A stretch of DNA of 64,000 nt from Dicyema japonicum (lineage: Eukaryota; Animalia; Dicyemida). The number at the start of each line of letters is the position of its first letter. Within the stretch, counting starts at the first letter, position 1. This document shows positions 13,275 to 25,955 of the stretch, one piece after another. The notes beneath the pieces are model-generated. The model saw only the letters and a list, made by a program, of their open reading frames with translations, had not been told where the DNA came from and made no database searches. The stretch lies in assembly GCA_011109175.1 (NCBI GenBank), contig RDEW01000100.1, positions 26,639 to 90,638 on the forward strand, read 5' to 3'. Position numbers and translations under genes: made by a program.

Positions 13275-16200
13275 TTATAAATATTTCATTAATAAGTCAT
13301 CAATTTGGTAAGCCTAAATTTATTTAAAATAATACCAATAATGTCATCAATTCAAAATTTGTTGATTTTTCTAAAATTGAAATTGTTAAGAGTTCAGGCT
13401 GACTTTTCCACATAAAGGTACCGAATGAATGACTTTCAAGCAATTCCTTTTCACAGTTCATAAAGTAAATTCCCTTCTCGTTTACTGCCAATAGTAAGTT
13501 GGTTGGAAAAGTTAAAATTTTTGTTTGCTGAAAATTACAATAAATAAGACCCTGACTTCAAAAAACGTGGAATTGAAGAAATTAAAAGAAGAAAGTATTT
13601 TTAGAAAACACAAGGACGCCTCGTAAGAATTCATCTTCGAATCCATCAAAAGATAATCTAAAGTTTTCTAAAAATTTGCTTCAAAATTTGACCTGAGAAT
13701 ATTCTTCATAATCTTGATCTTTCTCAGCAATTTTTGGTGGATAAATTCTATCAAAATTTTTCCTAACAAATAAATAAAAGTCTACTTAACATCAGCTGTG
13801 TTTTGTAGGAATTTTCTGTCCATTCTCAGAATGAGAGCCGACAGTCTTTGAGCAGTGAATTTCGAACATTTATAATATCCACTTAAATATTTTCGCTTTT
13901 CTTGCGGAAGACAAAATCTATAGTCTGCGATTGGGTCGTCCCCCAATTTGTAATTCTTCCAAAAGTTCCGCAAAAAAAATATCTGATATTCTCCTGATGT
14001 AATATCGCTGCCACCCAAAAAATCAAAAATAAAATCATTTTCCGGAATATTTCGAACTAACGTTGGAACTATAGCAGTACCTGCCTTATGATTTCTTACA
14101 AAAAGACCATAACCTTCAAGCGATTTGAGTCCGAGACGACTGGCAATATTGTTGGACAGTTCTTTGGATTCAGTCGAGGATTCGATTTCAACAATCTAAG
14201 TAAAAGACCTATTCAACTTCTATCGTGTCATCTGGAATACTTATTTTGTGATACAAACGAGTCTTGCCGGATCGAATGGCGAGGATTTCTACACTGACGG
14301 GAGGAAATTTCCTCGGGGTTTTTCTAAAATAACCCAAAAATAGAAAACTTGAAAATTTTGCGAATTTTTTTGACTGTTGACGGAGCGAACGGATGTTGGG
14401 TGGCTTTAATAAGCGAAATGATTTTCAAAATTATTTTAGTCGAGGGGGCACAGACTCCACTGAGCAGCCAAAGCAGCTCCCATGTGTTTTTAATGGTAGT
14501 GGCATTCTTTTCAGTAGAAATCCCTGAAACGAGGAAAGTATAAACGTCGTCTCTAATTTCGATATTTCTTATCGGAAGTGTAAATATTTCACGTATGAGT
14601 TTATACGCCTCATTTATATCCAAATCTGTATTAATATATTTTTTGATTTCCGACAAATAATTCGAGGACACGTTGGTAAGAGAGTTTAAGTAAATATTCG
14701 ATTCTCCCGCAACCCCCGAGTCTTTGCGTTCATAGGACGTGCATTCCTCAAAACTTTTATTTTTCGAATTTTCAAATGGAAAATTCAGAATATTACTCCA
14801 CAACTGAAAATAAAAGAGTCACAAACATTTTCTGGAATTTCCCCCACAATAGGAAGAACATGCGATGTATTTCGGTATATTGGCTCCTCTTTTTGAGTTT
14901 TCACGTTCACCCCCAAACATGTTTTTCCTCCAATCAAATCTTCTCCAGTCGCATTAACGAGTTTATAAGTGTTAGGAATTCCTGAAATGTGATCATCAAC
15001 AACTTTGTAGCAAATCCTTTTTAAGGATAAGAAACTGAGACCTCCTTGATATCCTGTCGAAAAGAGATGAGATAAAATCGCAAATTTGAAATCCGAAAAA
15101 GGACATCATCTCAATTTTTTGCCCATTAAGAGTCCTTATGAAGCAGCACTCGTAGGGTATGTCATCTCCTCTAGAAATGAATAAAAGCACTCCGCCTGGT
15201 TTTGGAGATGTCTTGGATGACATAATAAGGGATCACGTCTATTACGTCATCAAAGTCATCAATGACGGAGATATTTGTATAATTTACAGCAATGGTGTTA
15301 TTTTTGATATGAGTATTTTGAGTTGAATATTCAAAGCACTCAAAATGACGAGAAAAAAAGTTAGGGAACTTTGTCCTAATTTTCTCCAAAGTTACCTCCA
15401 TCAGCTAAGAGGTTAATATTTAACCGATTTTACCTTGATTTTACCCGATTTTTGTATATAAGTTTCCCTTTCTTTGTACAAATTCAGGTTGACGGACAAG
15501 CCATTTCTAGCTTTTTTTGAGTTGAAAGAAAAAAAGCTGTCAAAGTGGTTTTCAGCCTGTTTAGCGTCAAATGACTGGTATTTCACGAAATAGTCGTTAG
15601 AAACGATTTCCAGGAGATCGTGTTCCTTGAAATCAGTAACAAAATACTTTAAAGCAGTGATTCCTTGATTTCAAAAAGTCCAAAACCTGTTCATATGTAA
15701 TCAAAAGTGCAGTGTGGTCGTCAGACAATATCTCCCAGGGATCCATCAACTCTCTTTGGAAGATCAAACTCCAATTTGGACTAAATGAGTCTATCCCCTG
15801 TTCTGAGCTCAGTATTTCACAACGACAAATCGCATCAAATACGAATCCGTCACAGTTTCCAAGTGAGGAAATCTGCAAGTAACTCATAGACTACATTATC
15901 GAGATAGTGGATATAAAGAGCAAAGTTTTCCGAAGAGAATAGTCCCAATTTCTTGCGGAGAATTTCGCAGACATCTCGAGAAGTTGCTGAAAAATTAATC
16001 TCCACAAAAATCTGATCTATTCCAGGGACTTTGACTCCCAGTGTCGGAACAGAAAGCTTATCCACCGCCTGAAGTTGGATGAATCAAATATTGACCTGAA
16101 CTTCGACCAATGACGTGGGGAATGTCCGTAGTTTGTTTTTTGAGTCCAACAATCTTTGGAGAGCAAATTTTGCCATTTTGTGCACCTTTTTCGAGAAAAA

Positions 16201-19200
16201 ATCTTCTAAACGTTGAAAAACCTTAATTTTCAGTTTGGAAACAACTTTGTCAGACGGATTGAATGATATACACGCCAGGGATATCATTTTCCAGGCCTTT
16301 GCAGAAACCTCTGGTGAAAGGGACGTCAACTTTAACAGAAAAACTATTTCGGCATAAAGGATGTCCCTGAAATAAAGTTTCCTCGAAACCTGAGATCCCT
16401 CATTAATAGACAGTTGCAAATCATGAATTGCACCTTTTCTAAATCGGAAGATGGTCTGTCGACAAAGTTTAACCACTTTTTTCGATCCATGTCCTTTTTT
16501 GGGGCAATCGTAAGAAAGTTATCATTCACTTCCTTACTCACGTGTCTAATGAACTGACATATTGTCACGAATTACCCTTTTGTTGTTTAGAAGTTTGGAG
16601 ATTAGTGGATCCGGTTCCAAGCCAACGAACCTCAGGAGGACTTTCCAAATTTGCTTTGCAATCTAAAAATCATCAAATGTCCCTTCCTTTAGGTCGAATG
16701 AATTTAATTCGCTAACAAATGGATGGATTTGTTCGGGCAGAGCATCAGAGAGTCTTTCAGTCAATGGGAGTCTCAAAATAATCTCCTCCGCCATAAATAA
16801 ATTCGAATTTTGGGCCTAAAATACATTTTTTTGAAAACCAAAATTTTAGTTGCCAAAAATGATCTGATCACAGCTTGTAGGAGAGTCACAGAAGATAAAA
16901 CTTTTTTCAACTTCTAAAAACTTAAATTTAAAGTCAACAAAATCTTTGTTCTTCAAAAAGGAGCGAATTTTGGACTGAATTAAGACTATCGCCTTTTTCT
17001 GTCGCTTATCAAAGCTTCTGCGGAACTCTTCCAGCAAAAGAAAGTTTTTTATGGTGGTTTGCAGAAAAACAACATTCTGCATGGTTTCTTTTATGAACCT
17101 TCTCTGAATGGTGCTCTTAATTAAGCTTTGAATCGAAATCACATAATCGGTTAATTTTTGTTCCCTGTTCCTTTCCATCAAATTGTAGTCAGCTTCCTTG
17201 AATGCTTAAATGAGGATAACTCGAATAAAGATCCTTTGGTATCCGATTTGGAAACTTTCTGGGTGGATTATGTCCTTGCAAATGCCAAAACTGATTTCCT
17301 TTTGTTTCTCCAAGTCGTAATCTTCGATTTGAAGGGACAATTTATGATCGAGTAGAATTTTGAAGCGCGAAATAAAAGTTGCCAAGTTATGGCGAATTGG
17401 GTAGCCCATTTTTCTGATTTTGATGGTTTCCATCATTCCAGAGTATCTTAACTGTCTCAGACAAATTTGGCGACAGAATTTCTAAAATTAACCCCCATAC
17501 TCAACGTTTTTGACTTTCTCCTCATTTGGTTTAATGCATCGGACGTAAAAGGGGTTGGCTTTGTTGAGCATAACGATGAGCTTATCCAGAGATTTCTTAA
17601 ATTGCTGGGCGATACATGGAGGTCTTATCTTCTCTTCGAGCTTTAAGTTTAATTAAATTGTAAACTTGGTGGATTTCCTTCTGGAAAAGCTTGAGAAGAA
17701 ACTCGTTCTTGGAAGTGGCTATAACCTCGGCCATGTAACGACTGAAACTGTCCCTGTTTTTCTCAAGAAAATCTCATAAATTAAAATTAGACTTTTCGTT
17801 TCGTAAATAATCATTCCTGCAAAGTGCTTGACAGCAAAGAAACTGTCGGCGTCAGATTTTGAGCGAACATATCTGGGGGACGCGAAATGAGTCTGGTTCA
17901 TTTTCATAAGAAGGGATTCGTCCGTCCCCTGAAATAAATAAATTGCCAAACCTTGGGAAATATACTTTCTTCGTTGATGAGAGTAAAAATATTGAGTTTT
18001 TCCTCAGCCAGCAAGTCAAGCACTATTTGGTTATCTTCAAAGTTTATATTCTTCCAATCAATCCCTTCTTGCGAATATTCGGCCTATTTTGAAACTACTC
18101 TCTTAACCTGCTCCAACTTAAACACGTGGTTGATGAAAAATTGGTGGAGTTTCTCATTGGCGTAATTTATGCATAATTGTTCAAAACTAAATTAAAGCAT
18201 CAAATAAATATTTTAATTTAAATGCAATATAAAATTTATAAAATTATTAATTTTTAATTTATTTATATATCATTTAATTTAGTTTTACCTGTTGTTTTCG
18301 AAACATTCAAAACCGTAAATATCGAGGATTCCAATTGAAGATGAAGTTAATGAAACACCTCTAGGATTATGGTCTGAATCCCATCTCAGTGTGTTGTTCA
18401 CAGAATCAATCAGAAAATCAAAAATTCGATAATAAATTCTCTTTGCTAGGGCATCACGACCATTCACAGCGGCGTTCTGAGATAATTGGCACACCACTGT
18501 TTCTGCACGTGCAGCTGTTATTTTGGCTTTTGTCAAAGCAGCTTTAAAATTATCCAAATCAATCTATTTTTGTCTAACTTTAGTTACCTTCAAAAATTCT
18601 GTGGATTTATTCAAAGCCTCAACGTTTAACACTTTAATTGGAAGGTTCCCGTAGTTTTGATCTATGGTTCCCTGGTTAATTTACCGAACGTGATTTGTCC
18701 GATGTGGAGGATCGCGGCCAGGAGGCGGACAATTTCTGTTTGGTTTTGGGGACTGATCCTAAGAATGTTCATCGCGGAACGGACGTTCTTATATTCCTCT
18801 TGATACTTTTCTGGGTTTACCATGTTCTGGGGGACTCAATGCGCTGACAACCTGGTTCATTAAGTAATTGTAATTTTCTGGATCTGTCAGGGAGAGCTTT
18901 TGTTTCTCTGTGTCTTCCATGCCGTACAGAATATCATAGAATATGTGATAAGAGCTCTCATCACGCGCCTTGAAATGATTCGCAATGTGACCTGGTAGCA
19001 AACTCTGCATTTCTCGAGCAAATATTGGTATATTACCGCAGTTTTTATAACTCCTTTGCTGTCGAGGATCACTTTGACATACTTTCCAAAGCGAGAGGAG
19101 TTATCGTTCCGAATGGTCTTGGAATTCCCGAAGGCTCAAGATAAAAACTAAAATAACCTTCGATTAGGGGGTTTGCTGAAATTAAATGTTTCTCAATTTC

Positions 19201-19830
19201 CGACTTTTGATTGTTTAAATAAGCCAAATATTGTATCATCAGCTTAGTCGACTCGGTCTTCCCTGATCCCGATTCTCCACTACACAAGGTCAGTACTCCA
19301 CGTGCCTTATTATTATACACTGATCCTCTGAGTGGCTCATAATATTTTTATAAGCTGCGTTGGTTATTGCGAAAATGTGTGGCTTCTCCTCCCCGATTTT
19401 TTTGTTTCTGTACCTCCACATTGAGTGTTCACTGTAAATCGGCAAGGGTTTGTAGGGATTTATCGAAATTAAAATATTTCCCGTGTACGTCTAACGCTGA
19501 CTAAATCCAGTACATAGATAGTGTCCTTTTTGTACCGAATGTGAAGATTTCGGATGACCGAAGCCTCAGACATATCTTCGAGGAGTATCATATCGTCGAT
19601 CTCTTCTGTGCGGGACATTGGAATCAACCTTGAAAAGTCATCAATCCAATAATTCTATAAATAAATACTTACATTACCTTATCATCGTCATCAAATACCA
19701 TAACACGATTATTTTCAACCTTAGCAATCTTCCCCCAATGGGTATCTCGAACTCGCTTACTTTTGCGGGAATTATAAACACATTGTCTCCCTAAAATATT
19801 TTTAACTTTTACAGATTTTATCTGCGCCAT
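13275..19830 (-). CDS. MYO7A: Unconventional myosin class VII (motor, IQ motifs, two MyTH4-FERM modules), multi-exon
   Basis: Spliced reading gives MAQIKS|GDNVF, TYTGNIL, QCIIIS|[59 protein letters not shown] motifs at 16846-17181 and MyTH4 segments near 16300 and 14450. The C-terminus LMTLL|[12 protein letters not shown] resembles the myosin VIIa ending GYKMDDLL. Not every internal exon boundary was resolved. Confidence 0.9.
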
Positions 19831-20567
19831 TGCAACTATGATTTTTTAGATATTTATACTTTAGTAACTGTAATATATTCGATTATTAATTTTGTTAATT
19901 TTATTTCCTCATAATTTATTTTTTAATTAATTTTAATAAAAAATAGTTTAAGAGCATATGTTAAAGACATTGCACTTTATTTGGCTCATTAGGTTTTATT
20001 AGTAAAATCAATTTATGGATTCATTAAAATAATTGTTCAGTTACTTTAATGCTTCTCTGATAGATTCGATTTATTAATTATTTTTATAAATTTTATAAAA
20101 TCAATTTTTGTGGCAAATTCAAACACTTTGAAGGTTGCATATTGCCGATAATATTGATGCATTTATTTTAGATTTATTAATATTATTATTAAAAATCACT
20201 TTCACAGAACCAAAGAACGTTATATTTACTAAGGTCCCGTTTACCCATTGTGCATCACAGAACCAAAGAACATATATTTACTAAGGTCCCGTCACACGTT
20301 TTAGGTTTGAATTTTATTAAAACCGAGGATTGATGAAAATTAATAATTCAAGGTAGGTGGTTTCATCAAAGTTACTCAAATATGGCCAGACGGGATTAGA
20401 CCCCAGATATTCGATACTTTCTTATTTCAAAAACTATGCATTTCCGATTTCCAATGAGTCCATTAAGAAGGGAATTCGAGAGATTTTGGAGACTAGGATC
20501 ACTTAATTTAGCGAGACGATCGGTTATATTACATAAGCATTGAGCCTATTAGAACCATGCTATAGAG

Positions 20568-20640
20568 CAGTGTTTCTCAACCTTTTTTTCGTATTGCCTC
20601 TAGAAAAAAATTTCGCTTAGTCAATAATTTATCGCCCCCT
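20568..20640 (+). mobile_element. Solo Buster/Charlie-type hAT terminus
   Basis: CAGTGTTTCTCAACC preceded by CTATAGAG (nnnTAnnn). Same terminus as the 32633 end. No second end found. Confidence 0.55.
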
Positions 20641-20984
20641 ATAATAAGTATAGATATTAATGCTATAATTAATTGTTTTTTTAATAAAAAATTGTTAATG
20701 TGACCCTTGACCTCTGTGAAGGTTTACAAGATGCTCTATATTTGGGATTTTTAGTAAGTGCTACTCTGATATCCACTTTTTCGCAGATACTTAATTATTC
20801 CGCTTCTTACTCACCATATGGTTAGGTAAACTGAACAATAATTCCTCATTAAAATTACAGTTATCGTCAAAAATATCTATGGTTTAAACAGAAAGTCCTC
20901 AACTAAGTGATTCCAGTTCTTAAGTGAAACGTATCCTTTCCCAGCATTATTTCCATCAATATCCGAACCCCTCATTATGGTCCT

Positions 20985-21120
20985 GTGTTCAAATCTCGCT
21001 GATGTACATTCCGGCGGAAGGTTACACGCATCTATGATGCTTTTTGGCATGACAAGTGATGCTTCACTGCGGAACCTAATTGTCTAAATAGGACTGACTC
21101 AAGACAAAGAAAAAAGATGT
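20985..21120 (+). mobile_element. SINE family copy (partial)
   Basis: GTTCAAATCTCGCTG...GGAAGGTTACACGCATCTATGATGCT...CACTGCGGAAC matches the SINE core. Confidence 0.75.
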
Positions 21121-21299
21121 TAAAGAACATTTCTTGGTTACTTCCTCCCTTTCGACGATAGTCACTATAACTTCGTGGGGAACTATTTTCCTACTATAAA
21201 TCTCTGGGTTTCCCTATAAATGAAGGAAACCAGAGATCAATCTGTGTATCATGTGTGGTACATAAATCGAAAGGTGGAACAGAAACAGAAAGCTCATTT

Positions 21300-21358
21300 A
21301 CGGACGCTTTTATATTCCTCTTGATACTTTTCTAGGTTTACCATGCTATGGGGGACTC
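21300..21358 (+). repeat. 59-bp copy of myosin gene sequence (18779-18837) flanked by 14-bp direct repeats
   Basis: Matches 18779-18837 with 5 mismatches. CAGAAAGCTCATTT occurs at 21286-21299 and 21359-21372. Confidence 0.85.
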
Positions 21359-22319
21359 CAGAAAGCTCATTTGCCTGAAAGCTTACAGTCAAAATTAAAT
21401 TATTAACCCCAGTTTCACTAACATGTAGGAAACTTCAACCGTCAAAAACGTGCCGCTAAGACAGGACGCTCCCAGAGATCCATTACTTTTACGTCGATCC
21501 CTGGTGGTCTAGGGCAAGCAAAGAAATTATAATTAATCTCCCAGCCAAGGAGAGAGGATGTCCACATCGTGAACGAGAAAGTTTCACCTTGACGGTAGAA
21601 GTTCTGAAGCGCTTATCTAGGGAGGTCTGTGCTCCAGTATCTTGTTCACTTGAGGGTTCGGCCCGCGTAAACAATGTAAATATTGAAAATTGATTAAAAT
21701 ATTAACAAAATATCTTCTTAAGGAGACTTTTTGGACAACTATGGGTTTGGACCATTTCATCACGGTCCACTTTAAAATAATCCAATGGCCTCTTGTGCTA
21801 TCCTAAGAATTCTTAGGTATCCAACCGAGGATAAATCTCTTTGATCCTTTCAGTAAGTCCTATATTTCTCCACGAAATGCCGACTTAGTTCATATGTGAG
21901 AAAATCATGCTCTTAAAGATTTTCTTGATTACCATTAATTGAATATATGCACAAGAACCGTGGATTCCATGAGGAAACAATGGTTCCACGTGTTGCTACG
22001 TTTCTGTGAAGAACCCGGAAACCCATTGCCCACGCAGTGGAATACCGATCAGTCTTAAAGAAGGATGCCCAGATCGAGTTCCTCTGTATTCATTTGTGGA
22101 GGCTCTACCGTTTTACAGATGAGACAATGGAAGACCATGTAAAATGACTCTGGGATTGTTGAAAGCTGGGATCGCTTAATTAGTTTTTTTTAGCATCTTT
22201 CTTGGTTATCTAGGAATTATTTATTGAAAAGACACACACTTCATTTTAGAAAAAAAACAGGATCTAATGGTGCATCTGCATGACTACTCATTAATCACTG
22301 AATGTTCCAAGACATCACG

Positions 22320-22460
22320 AGTGCTCTTAACTTCATTTCTTTTGTTGGGTGTGATTCCCTGAGATAACCCGGTTCCGCTCTGATGCATCACTGATTAATG
22401 GGTCACTCGTCGATCCTTGAAGCATTGTAGATGCGCGGAACCCGGCGAGATTCAAACCAA
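22320..22460 (-). mobile_element. SINE family copy (diverged)
   Basis: The reverse complement has GGTTTGAATCTCGCC...GGTTCCGCGCATCTACAATGCT...GACGAGTGAC...CATCAG...GCGGAACC. Confidence 0.7.
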
Positions 22461-22571
22461 AAACTATATAGACGTTGTATGACATCACCATCCGACTCAA
22501 ATCTGCTTAATTTATATTAAAATTGCTTAATTTACATTAAAAATTTAATTTTAAAATTAAATCAAAAATAA

Positions 22572-23135
22572 ATGACGTCTAATTTGGATGCCTTCTTGAC
22601 TTGGTGTGGGCACTGTCCCCTTATTATAGGGTTTATACTCTTAGTGAGTGCGTACAAGAAAAACAGAAATTCAGTAACAACCCGGTTTATTTTAAAGGCC
22701 ATTTTTCTGTTTGGGGAAGTCATCAACGAGATAATTAGTCTCACTCTGAAAGCTTTGATCAACGACCCCCGCCCTTCGAAGGATGGAGTTTATCTCTCTC
22801 CCCAGAGAGGGGTACTATCCGGAATGCCCTCTGGTCACTCGATGTTTATTTGGTTCTTTGTGAGTTTCCAGTACAACGAGATATATTTTCGGTAATCGAT
22901 CTTTTTTTAATAGCCTAGATTCAAAAAATCGATATTTAGGGCTTCCTTGAACTTATTGGCGCTGCTAAATCTATCTTTAGCAGTTTCTTACAGCAGACTT
23001 CACTTTCAATACCATAGTTTGTCTCAGGTGGCAGTTGGAGCGGTTCTGGGAGCTATATTCGGTATTTTTTGGCAGTTCTACCACCAGAAATTAATTGATT
23101 TTTTAGTTGCCACGAGACAATATTTTAAAATTTGA
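22572..23135 (+). CDS. DOLPP1: Dolichyldiphosphatase 1-like PAP2 phosphatase
   Basis: PAP2 motifs KALINDPRP, GMPSGH and SYSRLHFQYHSLSQV. Removing the 27-nt intron 22892-22918 joins the two ORFs in frame. A 24-nt in-frame intron at 22674-22697 is also probable. Confidence 0.85.
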
Positions 23136-23182
23136 CTAATACTTTAATTCAAAAATGATTTTTATATTTGTAAAGAAAAAAC

Positions 23183-23970
23183 GGTACTTTTGCAATACAT
23201 GCTTAACGAAATAAGGCTCTAAATGAATTAATGAAAAAATTCAACAATGCCGAATTTGTAAATATTATTATAAATTTTTTTAAATAAATTGCTAAATCTT
23301 TACGACTTAGTGGTGTTAAAACGATACTGACAAAGTCAAACCTGAGCTTTTAACGACCCCCTACCTAAGAAGAAACCGTTATGGGTTTCATGTAGATGCC
23401 TATAATCATTCCCTTAGCGAAAAAATGTCATTATTACAAAATAAGTCACTTATTTCTACGCAGCGTGATGTTCGGTGGACAATATCTAACGATCGCATCT
23501 ATTAATTCATCGAAGGAGTTTTCCAAATGGCTCACTTGCCTTCTCCACGAAAATTCTACAAAATAACTCTGAGTTATAAACGTATTTTGATAAACCTGTG
23601 ATTAACTTTGAGGTTTTACACCGCTTTTATCGCACACTAATGTTGTATTCTCCCGCTGATAGAGAAGGGTCATCAAATGTCTTTTAAGGCATTTCTTTCG
23701 GGAAGATTCCAACTTTCTGAAGGAAGGCAACTGACTCCATTTCCGAATGTGGTAGTTCGTAGTCCTTCAGTTTTGAATATTTTCGCATAACAACTATATC
23801 ACTCATCCCCACACGCTAGTAAAAAATTCAAAATTTTATTTAAAAAAATTTATAATAATATTTACAAATTCATCATTGTTCATTTTTTTTATTTTTAGAT
23901 CTAATATTCAAAAAAATTTCATTAATTCATTTAGAGCCTTATTTCGTGAAACATGTATCGAAAAAGAACC
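23183..23970 (-). mobile_element. Merlin-like DNA transposon, internally deleted
   Basis: Imperfect TIRs of about 55 bp starting GGT, flanked by GAAAAAAC and GAAAAAAAC (8-bp TSD with a homopolymer slip). The decayed frame VAFLQKVGIFPKEM resembles Merlin/IS1016 N-termini. The family assignment is inference. Confidence 0.6.
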
Positions 23971-24959
23971 GAAAAAAACAAAGAATTATAACTTAATGCT
24001 TCTTTGTAAAGCTGCTTGGTGTCATTTCTGATGTTTCTTTTATTCTTCTTCTCTCCTTTTCTACTAGAGTTGGGTTATGTGATCCGCCCAGCATCAGGAT
24101 GTGGCGAAAAAAGTATCATTCGATCTCCCCCACTCCAATGAAGGGATTCCCACAACTGTAAGGAATATTGATGCAATTTCTGATTTTAGTGGCCCTTACA
24201 AAAATATAGGTAGAAGTTCCTGAAACAACTCTTCCACATCTTGGTCTTTTGGATACTGAAAATCCGTCCTCGTCTTCAGTTTTATAAGATGTTTTTTATC
24301 CAAAAAATATGTTTACCCTTATATCAATGTTAATGATTAGAAAGGTACGTTATTGATCGGGAAAGTGACGCTATTGGTCGGGAAACCTATAATAATGCTT
24401 CTTCGTGCAGAATCTCGTCTTTGGGTCGATCCCATTCATCCTTACAGGGATAATGTTTTCGAGTTATTTTTTTCGACTTGGGATCTTCAGTTAAATTCTC
24501 CAACGGAGTGCGGATTTATCTCGACAGTTTTTTTCATCTTTTCATTGAGATAAGAGTCTTCTGACATTCTACGGATTTCAACTTCAATCAGTGTGATGTT
24601 CCTTACTTTTTGAGTACGAAAATGTCTATTTTATATATTGTACCTTCGTATCCGTGCTTATTGTCGTATCTACTAGCATGTTTGGATTACCTCCCAAAAG
24701 TTCAATAATCACAAAAAGCCATCATATTTGGGTGGATTTGGTTCTTCTCTAACTTATAGTTAGTTCTTGACTTCGAAAATTTTATGTAATTGGAACTTTT
24801 TTTTACTTTTACGTGGTTTTTAGACTTTAAAGAAGAATGTAACCAACTTGGATATTCCACAAAATCTTGATAATCTTAAAAATTTCTTATAGCAAAAATA
24901 ATAATATCACAAAAAACAACTAAGAGAGTTATCTTTTCGTTGCATTTTTTTCCCATTTA

Positions 24960-25110
24960 ATGCGATTCTTGGAACCGAGGTGCCGTTACGACTACGAGGA
25001 AGCAGTCATACGGTCGATACGTACTTGTGTAGGCTCGGGGTAAGAACATCGTGCCAAGCTGAAGTCTTTGTTGGAGCGTGCCAGGATCACGTGATTAGTT
25101 AGTTTGGTGT
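24960..25110 (+). repeat. Unclassified dispersed repeat encoding a conserved C-terminal peptide
   Basis: Reads TCVGSG*EHRAKLKSLLERARIT*. Homologous to 46080-46230, 50470-50545 and 57918-57995. Confidence 0.6.
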
Positions 25111-25164
25111 TAACGTGGTCTTTGGAAAATTTTTATTTATTCATTTGTGTTTAAATAAATAAAA

Positions 25165-25420
25165 TGCTTGTGCAGCACGACGATCTGTTCTTTCAGTGGG
25201 ATGCTTCCACGTTCCCCTCTAGGATGCGATTTGGGGAGAGGATATAAGTTCTCTGTTTATGAATTGCAACAGACAGAATTTATCTCATAGTTTTAGATAT
25301 CCTTGACTGCATTCGAAATATGCTTCCATATCTTTGTTTGCAGAGAATGTTGGATCCATTCTAAGGATATTTCCAAACAGACCCCAGTGTTCTCTCTCGG
25401 GGGATCTTTAAGTGCGAACA
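25165..25420 (-). mobile_element. RTE 3' fragment, decayed
   Basis: HWGLFGNILRMDP...ANKDMEAYF corresponds to the RTE RWRLFGHILR region. Confidence 0.55.
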
Positions 25421-25859
25421 TGGATGTTTTCTATTGGGTGCATTTAACTTCTTAAAACGGAAAAGGGTTGGAGATTTATTTGCAAGTCATGTTGTGGATT
25501 ATCCGACATATAAAACAAAAGACCATCATTCGAGCAGTTTTCATTCTATTAATTTTCCGCGGAAAAACAATGTTAATCAATCAAATCAAATTTTAATCCA
25601 AACCACTGAAAAAAACAAAGTGAATTCGACAAGTTTAATCCAGACTCTCAGCTTGGCTAGATGTTCCCCCTTGATCCTATATAAGCTCGTTGGGTTTTTT
25701 TCCTGATCACGTTGGATAAGGACTCCTCCGTTTTTTCATCGGATTAGGTTCTCCAAGGGTGATGACATCATGTTATATTTGTTAGTTAGACCACTGTCAC
25801 TCCAAAAACACTCCAAAAACCGTTTGTTGTGTAACCGCGATTTTTTTAGCATTATTCTA

Positions 25860-25955
25860 AGGGTCGGGTAGCACAATGTAACAATACCGGGCAAAAGGCA
25901 TGATGGCCCCTAATTCGAATCTCGCTGTACATTCGACTGGAGGTTCGAAGACAGT
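25860..25955 (+). mobile_element. SINE head fragment
   Basis: tRNA-like head ending TTCGAATCTCGCTGTACATTCGACTGGAGGTTC, similar to the 47245 copy. Confidence 0.55.
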
